In this document: positions 42,710 through 52,937 of the stretch, piece after piece
How the letters are laid out: every line of letters starts with the position of its first letter
Numbering within the stretch: the first letter of the stretch is position 1
Source of the DNA: an uncultured Spirochaetota bacterium
GTDB lineage: Bacteria; Spirochaetota; Spirochaetia; SZUA-6; Fen-1364
DNA length: 64,000 nucleotides
Direction: 5' to 3'
Assembly (NCBI GenBank): GCA_963745235.1
Contig: CAVUXE010000029.1
Span: 96,001 to 160,000, forward strand
The notes under the pieces: model-generated
The model's input: only the letters and a program-made list of their open reading frames with translations
Databases searched by the model: none
What the model was told of the DNA's origin: nothing
Position numbers and translations under genes: made by a program

Positions 42710-44221
42710 ATGGCAAAGCGTTCGGACGGGTACCTCCTGGGGTTCGACATCGGAAGCTCTTCCATAAAGGCGGCGCTGCTGGAAGCGGAGACCGGCAGGC
42801 TTGTTGCATCAGCATCATCGCCGAAAACCGAGCTCGCCATCTCGGCTCCCCGGCCGGGGTGGGCGGAACAGGACCCCGCCCTGTGGTGGGACAATGCCGT
42901 TGCCGCCGCCGCTGCTTTGAAGGCGGCCGCCGGAAAGGAGTACGGCGCCGTCGCGGCCATCGGCATCTCCTACCAGATGCATGGCCTGGTCGTCATGGAC
43001 AAAGGCGGGAGGGTCCTTCGGCCCTCCATCATCTGGTGCGACAGCCGGGCGGTGGACCTGGGGGAACGGGCGTTCAGGGGGATCGGAGAAAAGACCTGCC
43101 TCTCGCGCCTCCTGAACTCACCGGGCAACTTCACCGCCTCCAAGCTCGCCTGGGTCAAGGAGAACGAGCCGGACGTGTTCTCCCGGGTCAGCACGTTTCT
43201 CCTCCCGGGGGATTGGGTTGCCTTCCGAATGACGGGGGAGGCCTGCACCACCACCTCGGGTCTCTCGGAGGGGGTGCTGTGGGACTTCACCACGGGCGGG
43301 AAGGCCGACGTGGTTCTTGACTGGTATGGCATCCCCGGCAATCTGGTGCCGGAGGTCCGCCCCAGTTTTTCGACGCAGGGGGAGCTGTCAACGGAAGCAG
43401 CGAACGCTCTCGGCCTGGCAAAAGGGATACCCGTCTCCTACCGGGCAGGGGACCAGCCGAACAACGCGTTTTCCCTGCGGGTGCTGGATCCCGGGGAAGC
43501 GGCCACCACGGCCGGGACCTCGGGGGTCGTCTACGGCGTGGCGGGCAAGCCGTGCTACGACCGCCTCTCCCGCGTGAACACGTTCGTCCACGTGAGTCAC
43601 ACCGAGTCTGCGCCCCGCTACGGGGTGCTGCTCTGCGTCAACGGGACGGGAATTCTCAACAGCTGGATGAAACGCATCCTGGTTGGTGACAGCGGCGCCG
43701 TCTCCTACGACCAGATGAACCGGGTTGCAGCCCAGGCCCCCATTGGCGCGGAAGGGGTGACGATCCTCCCCTTCGGCAACGGCGCGGAGCGAACGCTGGA
43801 AAACCGGACTATTGGCAGCTCCCTACTGGGGCTGGATTTCAACAGGCACGGCATCCCTCACCTGCTGCGCGCCTCCCAGGAGGGCATCGTTTTCGCTCTC
43901 CACTACGGCTTGAAGATCATGCGGGACATGGGCACGGAGGCAAGGACGGTGCGCGCCGGCCATGCGAACATGTTCCTCAGCGCCATCTTCCGGGAGGCAT
44001 TCTCGACCGTGACCGGGGCTCGCGTGGAGCTGTACAACACTGACGGCTCGCAGGGCGCCGCGCGCGGCGCCGGGCTCGGGGCGGGCATGTACCCGAGCAG
44101 CAAGGAAGCCTTTGTCGGGCTGACGGCAGTCATGACGGTGGAGCCTGATCCCGCCAAGGGGCCCGCCTACCAGGAGGCATACGGGAGGTGGGAGCGCGCC
44201 CTGGAAGCTGCCATGCGATAG
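42710..44221 (+). CDS. xylB: xylulokinase (FGGY kinase)
   Basis: GFDIGSSSIK, AEQDP, SYQMHG, IIWCDSR, GDQ, GTSG, NGAER. Confidence 0.9.
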   Translation: MAKRSDGYLLGFDIGSSSIKAALLEAETGRLVASASSPKTELAISAPRPGWAEQDPALWWDNAVAAAAALKAAAGKEYGAVAAIGISYQMHGLVVMDKGGRVLRPSIIWCDSRAVDLGERAFRGIGEKTCLSRLLNSPGNFTASKLAWVKENEPDVFSRVSTFLLPGDWVAFRMTGEACTTTSGLSEGVLWDFTTGGKADVVLDWYGIPGNLVPEVRPSFSTQGELSTEAANALGLAKGIPVSYRAGDQPNNAFSLRVLDPGEAATTAGTSGVVYGVAGKPCYDRLSRVNTFVHVSHTESAPRYGVLLCVNGTGILNSWMKRILVGDSGAVSYDQMNRVAAQAPIGAEGVTILPFGNGAERTLENRTIGSSLLGLDFNRHGIPHLLRASQEGIVFALHYGLKIMRDMGTEARTVRAGHANMFLSAIFREAFSTVTGARVELYNTDGSQGAARGAGLGAGMYPSSKEAFVGLTAVMTVEPDPAKGPAYQEAYGRWERALEAAMR

Positions 44222-44233
44222 GCGGGGGCCGAC

Positions 44234-45856
44234 CTATCGGAGGGGAACGCCCGCGTTCAAGGGACTCTCTTTCTTGCCGGCCCCGATTATTTTCCGGCCG
44301 TTCATGAAGACGTAGTCGATGCCTTCAGGGGTGCGGTTCCCGTCCGGGGATGCCCTCACGTTCTCCCAATCCAGCACGACAATGTCCGCGGCCAATCCTT
44401 CCTTGAGCAGTCCGCGGTCACGGAGGTCAAACCTCTCCGCAACGGCCCCCGTCATCCTGCGGACGGCTTCCTCCAGAGGCAGGACCTTCTCCTCTCGTGA
44501 AACCTGCAGCGCCCGCACCAGCCCACAAAACGCCGAGGGGTTGTCTCCACCGAGGCGCTCAACCGCAGCCCCGGTCATGAAAAGGCAGGCCCGATGCCGC
44601 ATGAGCTCCGTCAGCAGCTTGTCGTTTCCCATTTTCTGGCAGAGAAGACGCGCCCGACCGCCGCTCCTCCGCGCTATCTCGATCAGCGCATCAGAGGGGC
44701 TGAGCCGGCGAAGCCGCGCAATCTCCGACAGCGGCTTGCCGTTGTATTCCGCCATGTCCTGGGTCATCGTGTCGGTTATCCGTAGATCTGCCGCTGACAT
44801 GGCAAGCTGTCTCCCGGATTTGCGGACTTCTTTGCGGAGAGTCCGCAACGCTTCGCCATCTTCGAATGCGGCCGCTCCCCTGGCGAGGAACCATGGTGAC
44901 AGCGCCGTGCTGACACGGGTCACTGCTTCGTGGACGGCGCAAGTGTCGAACCTCACGTCCAATCCGTCGGTGAGGGCCTTGTCGATGAGTCGAAGAGCCG
45001 TCTCCGCGGTGCGCCAGGTTCGGGAGCCGAGAAACGCAAGGTGCGAGATCTGGAGCCTGACCCCCGTCTGTCGGGCAAGATCCAGCAGCTCCCGCAGCGC
45101 CGCGATGTTGCTCGGTTCGCTGAACGAGCGCCGGGATCGTCCCGGGGCCTCGGCGCAAACGCTCCGCGGATGAACGGACAGGATCCTCCCGCGGTGCTTC
45201 ACCAGGAGCGCAATCTCCTTCAGCTCCTCCGGGCGCGCAAAGAGCCCGGGCGCCAGGTGCAGTCCCACGGAAACCCCGCGGGCCCCCTGCTCCATCGCGA
45301 TCTCCAGGAGGCGCAGCAGCTCCTTTGACTCGTAGGGATGAAGCGGGGACGGGTCCAGTCCGCGGATGGACGCTCGACTGGAGCCGTGCCCGGCCATCAG
45401 GGCGAGGTTGTGGCTTGTCCCCGAACCCTGGAGCCTCTCGAACAGCTCATCCACGGTGTCCCACTGGAGCGCCAGCTGACCGCTTGAAAACGGGTTGTCC
45501 GCCACCTGTTCCCGCCAACGTGAGCTTTCGCGCAGCCCGGCCGGCGCCCATCCGCAATTGCCGCCGATCACCGTCGTAATGCCCTGGGCCAGGAAGGGGT
45601 ACCTCAGCTCGTCATGTCCCTTGAGCGGCAGGTGCCAATCCAGGTGTGAGTGCGCATCGATGAACCCGGGGGCCACCACCCGGTCGGTGCAGTCGATCAT
45701 CACGCCGGTGGTTCGGATGGGGCGTGCGGAGATGCGATGCACGCGGCCGGCGCGGATGAGGAGGTTGCCGACAACCGGCTTGTCCCCTGTCCCGTCCACG
45801 ATGAGGCCGTTTTTCAGCACCAGGTCCTGGTTTTCCCTGCCGGCATCCCGCTTCAT
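44234..45856 (-). CDS. N-acyl-D-amino-acid deacylase family amidohydrolase
   Basis: DGTG, PGFIDAHSH, GNCG, QISH, RG.LKEG.AADIV. Confidence 0.82.
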   Translation of the reverse strand: MKRDAGRENQDLVLKNGLIVDGTGDKPVVGNLLIRAGRVHRISARPIRTTGVMIDCTDRVVAPGFIDAHSHLDWHLPLKGHDELRYPFLAQGITTVIGGNCGWAPAGLRESSRWREQVADNPFSSGQLALQWDTVDELFERLQGSGTSHNLALMAGHGSSRASIRGLDPSPLHPYESKELLRLLEIAMEQGARGVSVGLHLAPGLFARPEELKEIALLVKHRGRILSVHPRSVCAEAPGRSRRSFSEPSNIAALRELLDLARQTGVRLQISHLAFLGSRTWRTAETALRLIDKALTDGLDVRFDTCAVHEAVTRVSTALSPWFLARGAAAFEDGEALRTLRKEVRKSGRQLAMSAADLRITDTMTQDMAEYNGKPLSEIARLRRLSPSDALIEIARRSGGRARLLCQKMGNDKLLTELMRHRACLFMTGAAVERLGGDNPSAFCGLVRALQVSREEKVLPLEEAVRRMTGAVAERFDLRDRGLLKEGLAADIVVLDWENVRASPDGNRTPEGIDYVFMNGRKIIGAGKKESPLNAGVPLR

Positions 45857-45954
45857 GCGTATTCTCCATCTATATCACACGCGGTACAGAATTGACAGGG
45901 CGAGGATTGTTTTGTGAGGCTTTACTGCAACGCTCTCATGCGCCGGCGCCGGAT

Positions 45955-46500
45955 TCAGGCGCGCGCCGGCTTGTGCATGTGAATCCTGATGCCGAGTGCG
46001 ATCAGGAAGATGCCGAAGACGATGGCGTAGAGTCCCAGCAGCCAGACCAGGCCCAGGATCCCGGCGCCGGGGAAGACCATCAGGATGACGGCGAATGCGA
46101 TGGAAACGAGCCCGGTAAGTATCCACCAGAGCTCGCCTTTGATCTCCTTGCGCATGCGGATGGCCCCCACTATCTCGATGATGCCGGTTGCGAGGCTCCA
46201 GGCCGCGATGTAGAAAAGAAGGCCGATGGCGGTGACTCCCGGGGAGAAGAAGGTGATTATCCCTATGCCGATCCCCAGAAGCCCCTCGAACAGGAGGACC
46301 CACCGGTCATCCCGCTCTTTCCGGCTTCCTATTGCCTTGATCACGAGGAAAACGCCGTCAACGAAGGCGTAGGCGCCGAAAACGATGATGAGCGCGGCGA
46401 GGGTGATCCCCGGCCAGACCCAGGCCAGCACACCGAGCCCAATGGCGAGGATCCCCCTGATGAGGAAGGCCCACCAGTAGCGAGACAGCGCTTCGATCAT
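45955..46500 (-). CDS. HdeD/DUF308 membrane protein
   Basis: WW..LIRG.LAI.LG, WPG.T, GIIEIV.AIR.RK. Confidence 0.88.
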   Translation of the reverse strand: MIEALSRYWWAFLIRGILAIGLGVLAWVWPGITLAALIIVFGAYAFVDGVFLVIKAIGSRKERDDRWVLLFEGLLGIGIGIITFFSPGVTAIGLLFYIAAWSLATGIIEIVGAIRMRKEIKGELWWILTGLVSIAFAVILMVFPGAGILGLVWLLGLYAIVFGIFLIALGIRIHMHKPARA

Positions 46501-46674
46501 GCTGCATCTCCTTTCACGCGACGCTCACTCGGGCGCACCGCCAGCAGTCCCCGGGACAGGTCATTTGTCTGGCGCTCGATCGAAAGATACCGACGTTCAC
46601 GGCAACGCGACCACAGAATTGTCGAACCGTTGTTTGTTGCCAGAACGCCTCACCAGGGGTACTTTCGTTGAGAC

Positions 46675-47076
46675 ATGAGAAGACTGTTGCTGCTCTTCCT
46701 TTTTCTTGCAGTTTTTTCATCCGCCTGCCTGTCTTCCCAGTCCCTGGTTGGCACCTGGGTATCCACGGAGCACTCCCTGGTGAGCCTGAGATTCAGTCTG
46801 ACCTTTTACGAGAAGGACTATCTCATAAATACTTCCTTCGGGCAGACAATCGGCACGTACTACTGCACGACAGACAAGATCTACTTCAGCCCCACGAAAG
46901 CGGGAATCAACGGCGGAGACATCGGGAAGAACGATACGTGGAGCTACAGGTTCGCTGACGAGGATTCCTTCTCCATGAGCAGCGGCATCATCACGATAAG
47001 GCTCGTCAGGGCAGGCTCGAAAGAATGGGAACAGGCTCAACGGGAAGAGGCCGCGGCGGGCCGCCATGGCAGGTAG
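46675..47076 (+). CDS. exported hypothetical protein
   Basis: Signal peptide, LVGTW lipocalin-like start. Confidence 0.55.
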   Translation: MRRLLLLFLFLAVFSSACLSSQSLVGTWVSTEHSLVSLRFSLTFYEKDYLINTSFGQTIGTYYCTTDKIYFSPTKAGINGGDIGKNDTWSYRFADEDSFSMSSGIITIRLVRAGSKEWEQAQREEAAAGRHGR

Positions 47077-47159
47077 GTCACCTTTCTGTTTGCTGGAAAA
47101 TCGCCTAAGATATCACCCATGATCGAGTCGCGGGAATAGGATCGAGTCGCAGGAACAGC

Positions 47160-47990
47160 ATGGTATTCGTCGTCGGCGCCGTTGCAATCGACCTCGTTGC
47201 CGTCAAGGAAAAGTTCCTCGAAGGCACGTCCAACCCGTCTGACATCCGCCTGGGGCTTGGCGGCGTGGGATACAGGATATTCAGCAATCTCGACGCCCCC
47301 CGGAAGTTCATCACGGCTCTCGCGAACGACCCCATTTCGCGGTGGGCACGGGAGGCCCTGGAGGCGGATGACGGCGTGGCCATCCAGCGCGTGAGGGAGA
47401 AGGATGCAGGCCCGCCCTTGTACCTTGCGCTCATGGAGAGCGGGAGCCTCAAAGTCGCCGCATCGGATTTCAGGATCGTCGAACAATCCCTGTCCGTTTC
47501 CTTTGTCGTGGAGCAGATCGGAGAGCCGGGGCCGCGGGACTTCCTCATCCTGGATGCAAACCTTTCTCCCGCGGTGCTTGCCGACCTCGCACGGAGATAC
47601 TCGGCAGGCACCCGCGTCATCGTCGAGCCAGTGTCAGTGGAGAAGGCCGCCCGCCATGCGGATGCCCTGCGGGACTTGTTCCTTCTCACCCCGACAGAGG
47701 AGGAGATGGCCGCCCTGGCGGGAGGAATTCCTCAAGACTATCGCCGCGCCAGAAGGATCGGTTCACTGCTGGTCACACTCGGGAGGCGCGGGGTGCGGTT
47801 GTACGATGATGAGGGGGAGGAGGCAATCTCTCCGACCCTCGTGGTGGATGCCCCGGACACGACGGGTGCGGGGGACCTCCTGCTGGCCTCACTCGTTTCC
47901 CGGGTGCATGCGGGAGAGGGCGTGCGGACAGCCGTGCGCGGAGCCATGCAGGCCGTGGAGCAGAGACTGCAGGCAGGAGACCTCTTGTGA
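47160..47990 (+). CDS. PfkB kinase, probable pseudouridine kinase (PsuK-like)
   Basis: GGVG, LDANL, EPVSVEKA, DTTGAGD; overlaps psuG. Confidence 0.75.
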   Translation: MVFVVGAVAIDLVAVKEKFLEGTSNPSDIRLGLGGVGYRIFSNLDAPRKFITALANDPISRWAREALEADDGVAIQRVREKDAGPPLYLALMESGSLKVAASDFRIVEQSLSVSFVVEQIGEPGPRDFLILDANLSPAVLADLARRYSAGTRVIVEPVSVEKAARHADALRDLFLLTPTEEEMAALAGGIPQDYRRARRIGSLLVTLGRRGVRLYDDEGEEAISPTLVVDAPDTTGAGDLLLASLVSRVHAGEGVRTAVRGAMQAVEQRLQAGDLL

Positions 47991-48901
47991 CAGACTTTGT
48001 GTCCCTCTCTCCCGAGGTGGCGCAGGCCCTGGCGGACCACCGGCCCGTTCTGGCCTTCGAGTCCACCATCATCAGCCACGGCATGCCCTATCCCCGCAAC
48101 ATGGAGACGGCCCAGGAAGCGGAGCGACTGGCTCGGGCTGCCGGCGTTGTTCCCGCCACAATCGCCGTCATGGACGGCAGCGTTGCAGTTGGCCTCTCGG
48201 AAGCCCGGCTTTCCCGGCTCGCCACGGAGAAGGACGTCCTCAAGGTGTCACGGCGAGACCTCGCGTGGGCGCTTGCGGCGCGCCGGACGGGCGCGACAAC
48301 GGTGTCTGCAACCATGCTCGCCGCCAGACTGGCCGGCATCAGCGTGTTCGCGACGGGCGGCATCGGCGGGGTCCACAGGGGCGCCCAGGATACCTTCGAT
48401 ATTTCCGCTGATCTTGCCGAGCTTGCTTCCACGTCGGTCCTCGTGGTGTCCGCCGGGGCAAAAGCCATCCTGGATCTGCCCCGGACTCTGGAAGTGCTGG
48501 AAACCCTCGGTGTCCCCGTGATCGGCTTCGGGACCGCGGAGTTTCCCGCATTCTATTCGAGGTCCAGCGGCCTGCCCCTTTCCCTCCGCGCGGACACCCC
48601 TGCCGAGGCTGCGGCGGTGCTTCGGGCCCAGCGCGCCCTGGGTCTTCCCCAGGGCATCCTTGTGGCCAATCCAGTCCCCGCGGAGTGGGAGATTCCGCTC
48701 GCAACCATGGACGCCTGGATTCGCCAGGCCCTTGCGGACCTGCGGAAACGCGGCGTCACGGGGAAGGCGGTCACGCCGTTTCTCCTGTCACGCATCGTCG
48801 AGCTTTCCGGAGGCAAGTCGCTGGAAACGAATGTGAAGCTCTTTCATCACAATGTTCGGCTCGGAAGCGCAATAGCGGCGGACCTTGCTCGAACGCCCTG
48901 A
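47987..48901 (+). CDS. psuG: pseudouridine-5'-phosphate glycosidase
   Basis: ESTIISHGMPYP, KVSRRD, ATTVSATM, TGGIGGVHRG, DISADL, GKAVTPFLL. Confidence 0.95.
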   Translation: MTDFVSLSPEVAQALADHRPVLAFESTIISHGMPYPRNMETAQEAERLARAAGVVPATIAVMDGSVAVGLSEARLSRLATEKDVLKVSRRDLAWALAARRTGATTVSATMLAARLAGISVFATGGIGGVHRGAQDTFDISADLAELASTSVLVVSAGAKAILDLPRTLEVLETLGVPVIGFGTAEFPAFYSRSSGLPLSLRADTPAEAAAVLRAQRALGLPQGILVANPVPAEWEIPLATMDAWIRQALADLRKRGVTGKAVTPFLLSRIVELSGGKSLETNVKLFHHNVRLGSAIAADLARTP

Positions 48902-48913
48902 GGTGCAGGAGAT

Positions 48914-49879
48914 ATGCAGATGCAGAACCGCATCGAGGCAATAGATCAGTACCGCGGGATAGCGATCATCCTCATGGTCATCGCAAACTACCTCTTCGAT
49001 GTGACAACCATACCTGGTTGGCTCAAGCATGCGCCGGACATCGGGCTCACCGTCATCGACCTGATAGCCCCGTTCTTCATATTCGCGATCGGGCTCACCT
49101 ACGGCGCCTCGTACCGCGCCCGCGTTGAGCGCGACGGGGCGGCACGGACGTGGGGACACTTCCTGCGGAGATGGCTCGCGTTGATCGGCATCGGGGCCAT
49201 CATCTCCGCCGGCGAGGTCCTGGTGGGCAAGAACGCGAGCCCCATCAGCTGGGGCGTGCTGCAGGCAATCGGCGTGGCCGGCATCGTCACCCTGCTCGTG
49301 ATCCGCGTGCCGCCGCTGTGGCGCGCGCTCATCGCGCTGGTGATGCTTGCGGCCTACCAGCTCCTTCTGGACAACCTGTGGCTCTCCACCGTGCTGCACT
49401 CTGAGCACGGCGGCATGGAGGGCGCCGTTGCCTGGTCAGCCATGCTCATACTCTCCAGCGTGGTTGCCGACGTGTGGCGGAGGAATGGTTCGAGCGAGCT
49501 CGGCGTTGCCTGGCCCAGCGCGGTGGCTCTTGCGGCCGGCCTCCTCCTGTCTCTCGTTGCTCCCATCAGCAAGAACCGCGTCTCAGCGAGCTACGTTCTG
49601 GTCAGCCTCGGGGCGAGCGGCCTTCTCTTTGCAGTTGTGCAGTTTGCTGTAAGCCGGCTGCGCTTCCGTCCCGCGTATCTCAGGTGGTGGGGAATCAATC
49701 CGCTCCTGCTGTACGTGATGCACTACCTGCTGCTTGCCCTGGTGGTCCTCCCGGACGCCCCCTGGTGGCACGTGCAGGCCTCCATTCCCCTTGTGGTGGC
49801 GCAGGCCGCGGGGATCATAGCCATTCTGAGTGTTGCCGCGTGGCTCCTCTCGCGACGGAAGCAGCCGTTCTCCCTGTAA
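48914..49879 (+). CDS. HGSNAT/DUF5009-like membrane acyltransferase
   Basis: IDQYRG..I.LM...N, DLIAPFF.F.IG, GVLQAIG, PISKN, GINPL..Y. Confidence 0.78.
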   Translation: MQMQNRIEAIDQYRGIAIILMVIANYLFDVTTIPGWLKHAPDIGLTVIDLIAPFFIFAIGLTYGASYRARVERDGAARTWGHFLRRWLALIGIGAIISAGEVLVGKNASPISWGVLQAIGVAGIVTLLVIRVPPLWRALIALVMLAAYQLLLDNLWLSTVLHSEHGGMEGAVAWSAMLILSSVVADVWRRNGSSELGVAWPSAVALAAGLLLSLVAPISKNRVSASYVLVSLGASGLLFAVVQFAVSRLRFRPAYLRWWGINPLLLYVMHYLLLALVVLPDAPWWHVQASIPLVVAQAAGIIAILSVAAWLLSRRKQPFSL

Positions 49880-49880
49880 G

Positions 49881-49921
49881 CGCGCTTCCCTGGGCGCGTA
49901 GTCGCGCTTCCCTGGGCGCGT
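49881..49921. repeat. tandem pair of 19-bp hairpin repeats between convergent genes
   Basis: CGCGCTTCCCTGGGCGCGT twice, separated by AGT. Confidence 0.7.
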
Positions 49922-50754
49922 CATGGCTTGCGGTGCTTCTCCATCCATGCAAGGACGAAGTCAGCCACTTTCTCCCTGTCCAGATCGTTGTGCAGCTCGT
50001 GTCTCCCGCCCTCCCAGACCTTCAGCGTGACGTCCCCGGAGAGACGCTCGGCAAAAGCGATGGCCTCCTTCGGGCTCACATGGTGGTCGTCGGTCCCCTG
50101 CATCAGGAGCAAAGGCAGCGGGAACCCGGTCTGACGCCTGATCCACTCACCTGCGCGAAGCAGCTCCGCCCCGAGGCGAACGCTGACTCCTTCCTGAAAA
50201 AGGGGATCCTTCTTTGTCCGCTCAATGACCGCTGAATCCCGTGAGAGACTCTCCCAGGGTACCTCCGTCGTTATGATCGTCCTGGGAACGATCCGGGAGA
50301 GCACTTTGCCGCCTGCTGTCTTCAGCGGCGACAGGGGTGTCCCGGGAGCCAGCAGAGGACTTGTGGCAATGACGCCGTCAAGCGACGGGGAGCGGCGCAG
50401 CACGTAGTACAACACCTGTTCTCCGCCGAGACTGTGACCGTACAGGAAAAGAGGCATGCGGGGAAAACGAAGCCTGGTCTGCTCGATGTGCCTGTCGATG
50501 TCTCCCATCAGGTCCTCGAATGACGAGGCGTAAAGCCGTGGCCCTCCCGTCCTGCCGTGGCCGCGCAGGTCGAACGCGCTGAGCGCGTAGCCCGCCGCCG
50601 GCAGCCTTTCCACCAGCAGGGGGTAGCGGCCCGAGTGCTCTCCCAACCCGTGCACCAGCGCGACCACCGCCTTCGGCGTTCCCTCCGGCGCCCATGACTG
50701 CGCGAACATCTCGAGACCGTCCGCCGCCTTCCATGAATACTCCGCATGTTTCAT
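49921..50754 (-). CDS. alpha/beta hydrolase (lysophospholipase-like)
   Basis: HGLGEHSGRY, DLRGHG, GHSLGG, GTDD, HELHND. Confidence 0.9.
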   Translation of the reverse strand: MKHAEYSWKAADGLEMFAQSWAPEGTPKAVVALVHGLGEHSGRYPLLVERLPAAGYALSAFDLRGHGRTGGPRLYASSFEDLMGDIDRHIEQTRLRFPRMPLFLYGHSLGGEQVLYYVLRRSPSLDGVIATSPLLAPGTPLSPLKTAGGKVLSRIVPRTIITTEVPWESLSRDSAVIERTKKDPLFQEGVSVRLGAELLRAGEWIRRQTGFPLPLLLMQGTDDHHVSPKEAIAFAERLSGDVTLKVWEGGRHELHNDLDREKVADFVLAWMEKHRKP

Positions 50755-50811
50755 CAGGGAACCCCCTTTTCCGGATGCCTCGGATTCTACTATGATCCGA
50801 CCAGGTCCGCC

Positions 50812-51580
50812 ATGCGAAATATCATCACCGTTGCCATTGACGCCGCCCGGGAGGCCGGGACATTTCTCCGTGAAAGCCATCACACGTCGCTCACCGTGGA
50901 GACCAAGGAAGACAGGAGCCTCGTGACCAACGTTGATCGCGAAGCGGAACGGATCATCGTCTCACGCATCGAAGCCGCCTTTCCGTCCCATGACATCATC
51001 GCGGAGGAGAGGGGACAGACCTCGCGGGGCTCGGACCACTGCTGGGTGATCGATCCCATGGATGGCACTCACAACTACATCCGGGGGATGGGGATCTATG
51101 GCGTCTCGATCGGCGTGATCCAGCGGGGCTCCTTCGTTGCCGGGGCCATCTTCATACCGGAGACCGATGAGATGTATGGCGCAGAACAGGGGGCGGGATC
51201 CTTCCGAAACGGGAACCGCATCCACGTCTCCCGGCGATCCGACCTTTCCGCCTGTACCATGGCTTTCGATTCCGAGCTTCGCCAGGAGACGCCTCGCAAG
51301 CTGCGCGTGCTGGGAGAGCTCTGCCCGCGCATTTTCAACATACGGCTTTTCGGCTCCACGGCCAGAAACCTTTCCCACATCGCGGAAGGAGTCCTTGACG
51401 GGGTGATCGAGTTCTCGGACAAGCTCTGGGATTTTGCCGCCGGCGCCGTGATCGTCACCGAGGCGGGAGGACGGATGACCGCGCTTCGACGGAGCGGCGC
51501 TGACCCCCGGTGATACCGCCTACATCGCGTCCAACGGGCTCGTCCATGAATCGCTTGAAAGAATCGCCAACTCTGCATAA
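50812..51580 (+). CDS. inositol monophosphatase family (frameshift near 51500)
   Basis: VTNVD..AE, AEE, WVIDPMDGT.NY, WDFAAG..IVTEAGG. Confidence 0.9.
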
Positions 51581-51686
51581 AGATGCGCGGCGCTCAAGTT
51601 TACAAGCAGCGCCGGGATGTGGATTTTTCTTGCGCTGAATGATTTTCGGGAATAGAATGGCGCATCCACCAAAGGAGATGCTCAAC

Positions 51687-52937
51687 ATGGCGGAACTCAA
51701 TCCATTCAAGATCGCCCAGAAACAGCTGGACACCGCGGCCGCCACGCTCGGCCTCGACGAAGGCGACCCACCAGCTCCTGCGCTGGCCCCAGCGCGAGCT
51801 GCAGGTGACCTTTCCCGTTCGCATGGACGACGGGTCCGTCAGGATCTTCCACGGCTACCGCGTGCAGTACAACGGCGCGCGCGGCCCCACCAAGGGCGGG
51901 CCTGCGCTGGCACCCGGATGAGACCATCGACACGGTGCGCGCGCTTTCCGCGTGGATGACGTGGAAGACGCGCGGTCGTCGACCTGCCCCTGGGCGGAGC
52001 CAAGGGCGGCGTGACCTGCAACCCCAAGGAGCTGTCCACCGCGGAAAAGGAGAGACTGGCCCGGGCGTACATCCGGGCCGTCGGACGGTTCCTCTCCGAA
52101 ACGCAGGACGTCCCGGCTCCCGACGTGTACACGACACCCGAGATCATGGCGTGGATGATGGACGAGTACGAGACGATCATCGGCCAGCACAGCCCCGGCG
52201 TCATCACGGGCAAGCCCATCCCGCTGGGCGGGTCCGCGGGCCGCGGGGACGCCACCGCGCGCGGCGGCATCTACGTTACCCGCGAGGCGGCAGCGAAGCT
52301 GGGCCTGGACCTCAAGGGCAAGGCAATGGCCATCCAGGGCTTCGGGAACGCCGGCCAGTACGCCGCGCTCCTGGGCTCGGAGATCCTCGGGCTGAAGCTC
52401 GTGGCGGCCTCGGATTCCCAGGGCGGCGTGTACAACGCCAAGGGCCTGGACGCGAAGGCCCTGGTGGACTACAAGCAGAAAACCGGCAGCCTGTCGGGGT
52501 TCCCCGGCGCGGAGAGCATCTCCAACGAGAAGCTCCTGGAGCTGGACGTGGCGGTGCTCTTCCCCGCGGCCCTGGAGAACATGATCACGGACATGAACGC
52601 GGCGCGCATCAAGGCGAAGATCGTCTGCGAGCTGGCCAACGGGCCCACGACCCCGGAGGCGGACGCCGTCCTCTACAAGAACAAGGTGTTCGTCATCCCC
52701 GACTTCCTCGCCAACGCGGGCGGCGTCACGGTGTCCTACTTCGAGCAGGTGCAGAACGCCTACAACTACTACTGGAACCTCGACCTGGTCTACAGCAGGC
52801 TGGATGAGAAGATGACCAAGGCGTTCCACGACGTGTACGCGATGCACGAGCGGCACAAGGTGAACATGCGCGAGGCTGCCTACCTCGTCTCCGTGAGCAG
52901 GGTGGCGGAGGCCTGCAAGCTCCGCGGGTGGGTGTGA
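51687..52937 (+). CDS. gdhA: Glu/Leu/Phe/Val dehydrogenase (glutamate dehydrogenase), frameshifted at the N-terminus
   Basis: [59 protein letters not shown]. Confidence 0.93.
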
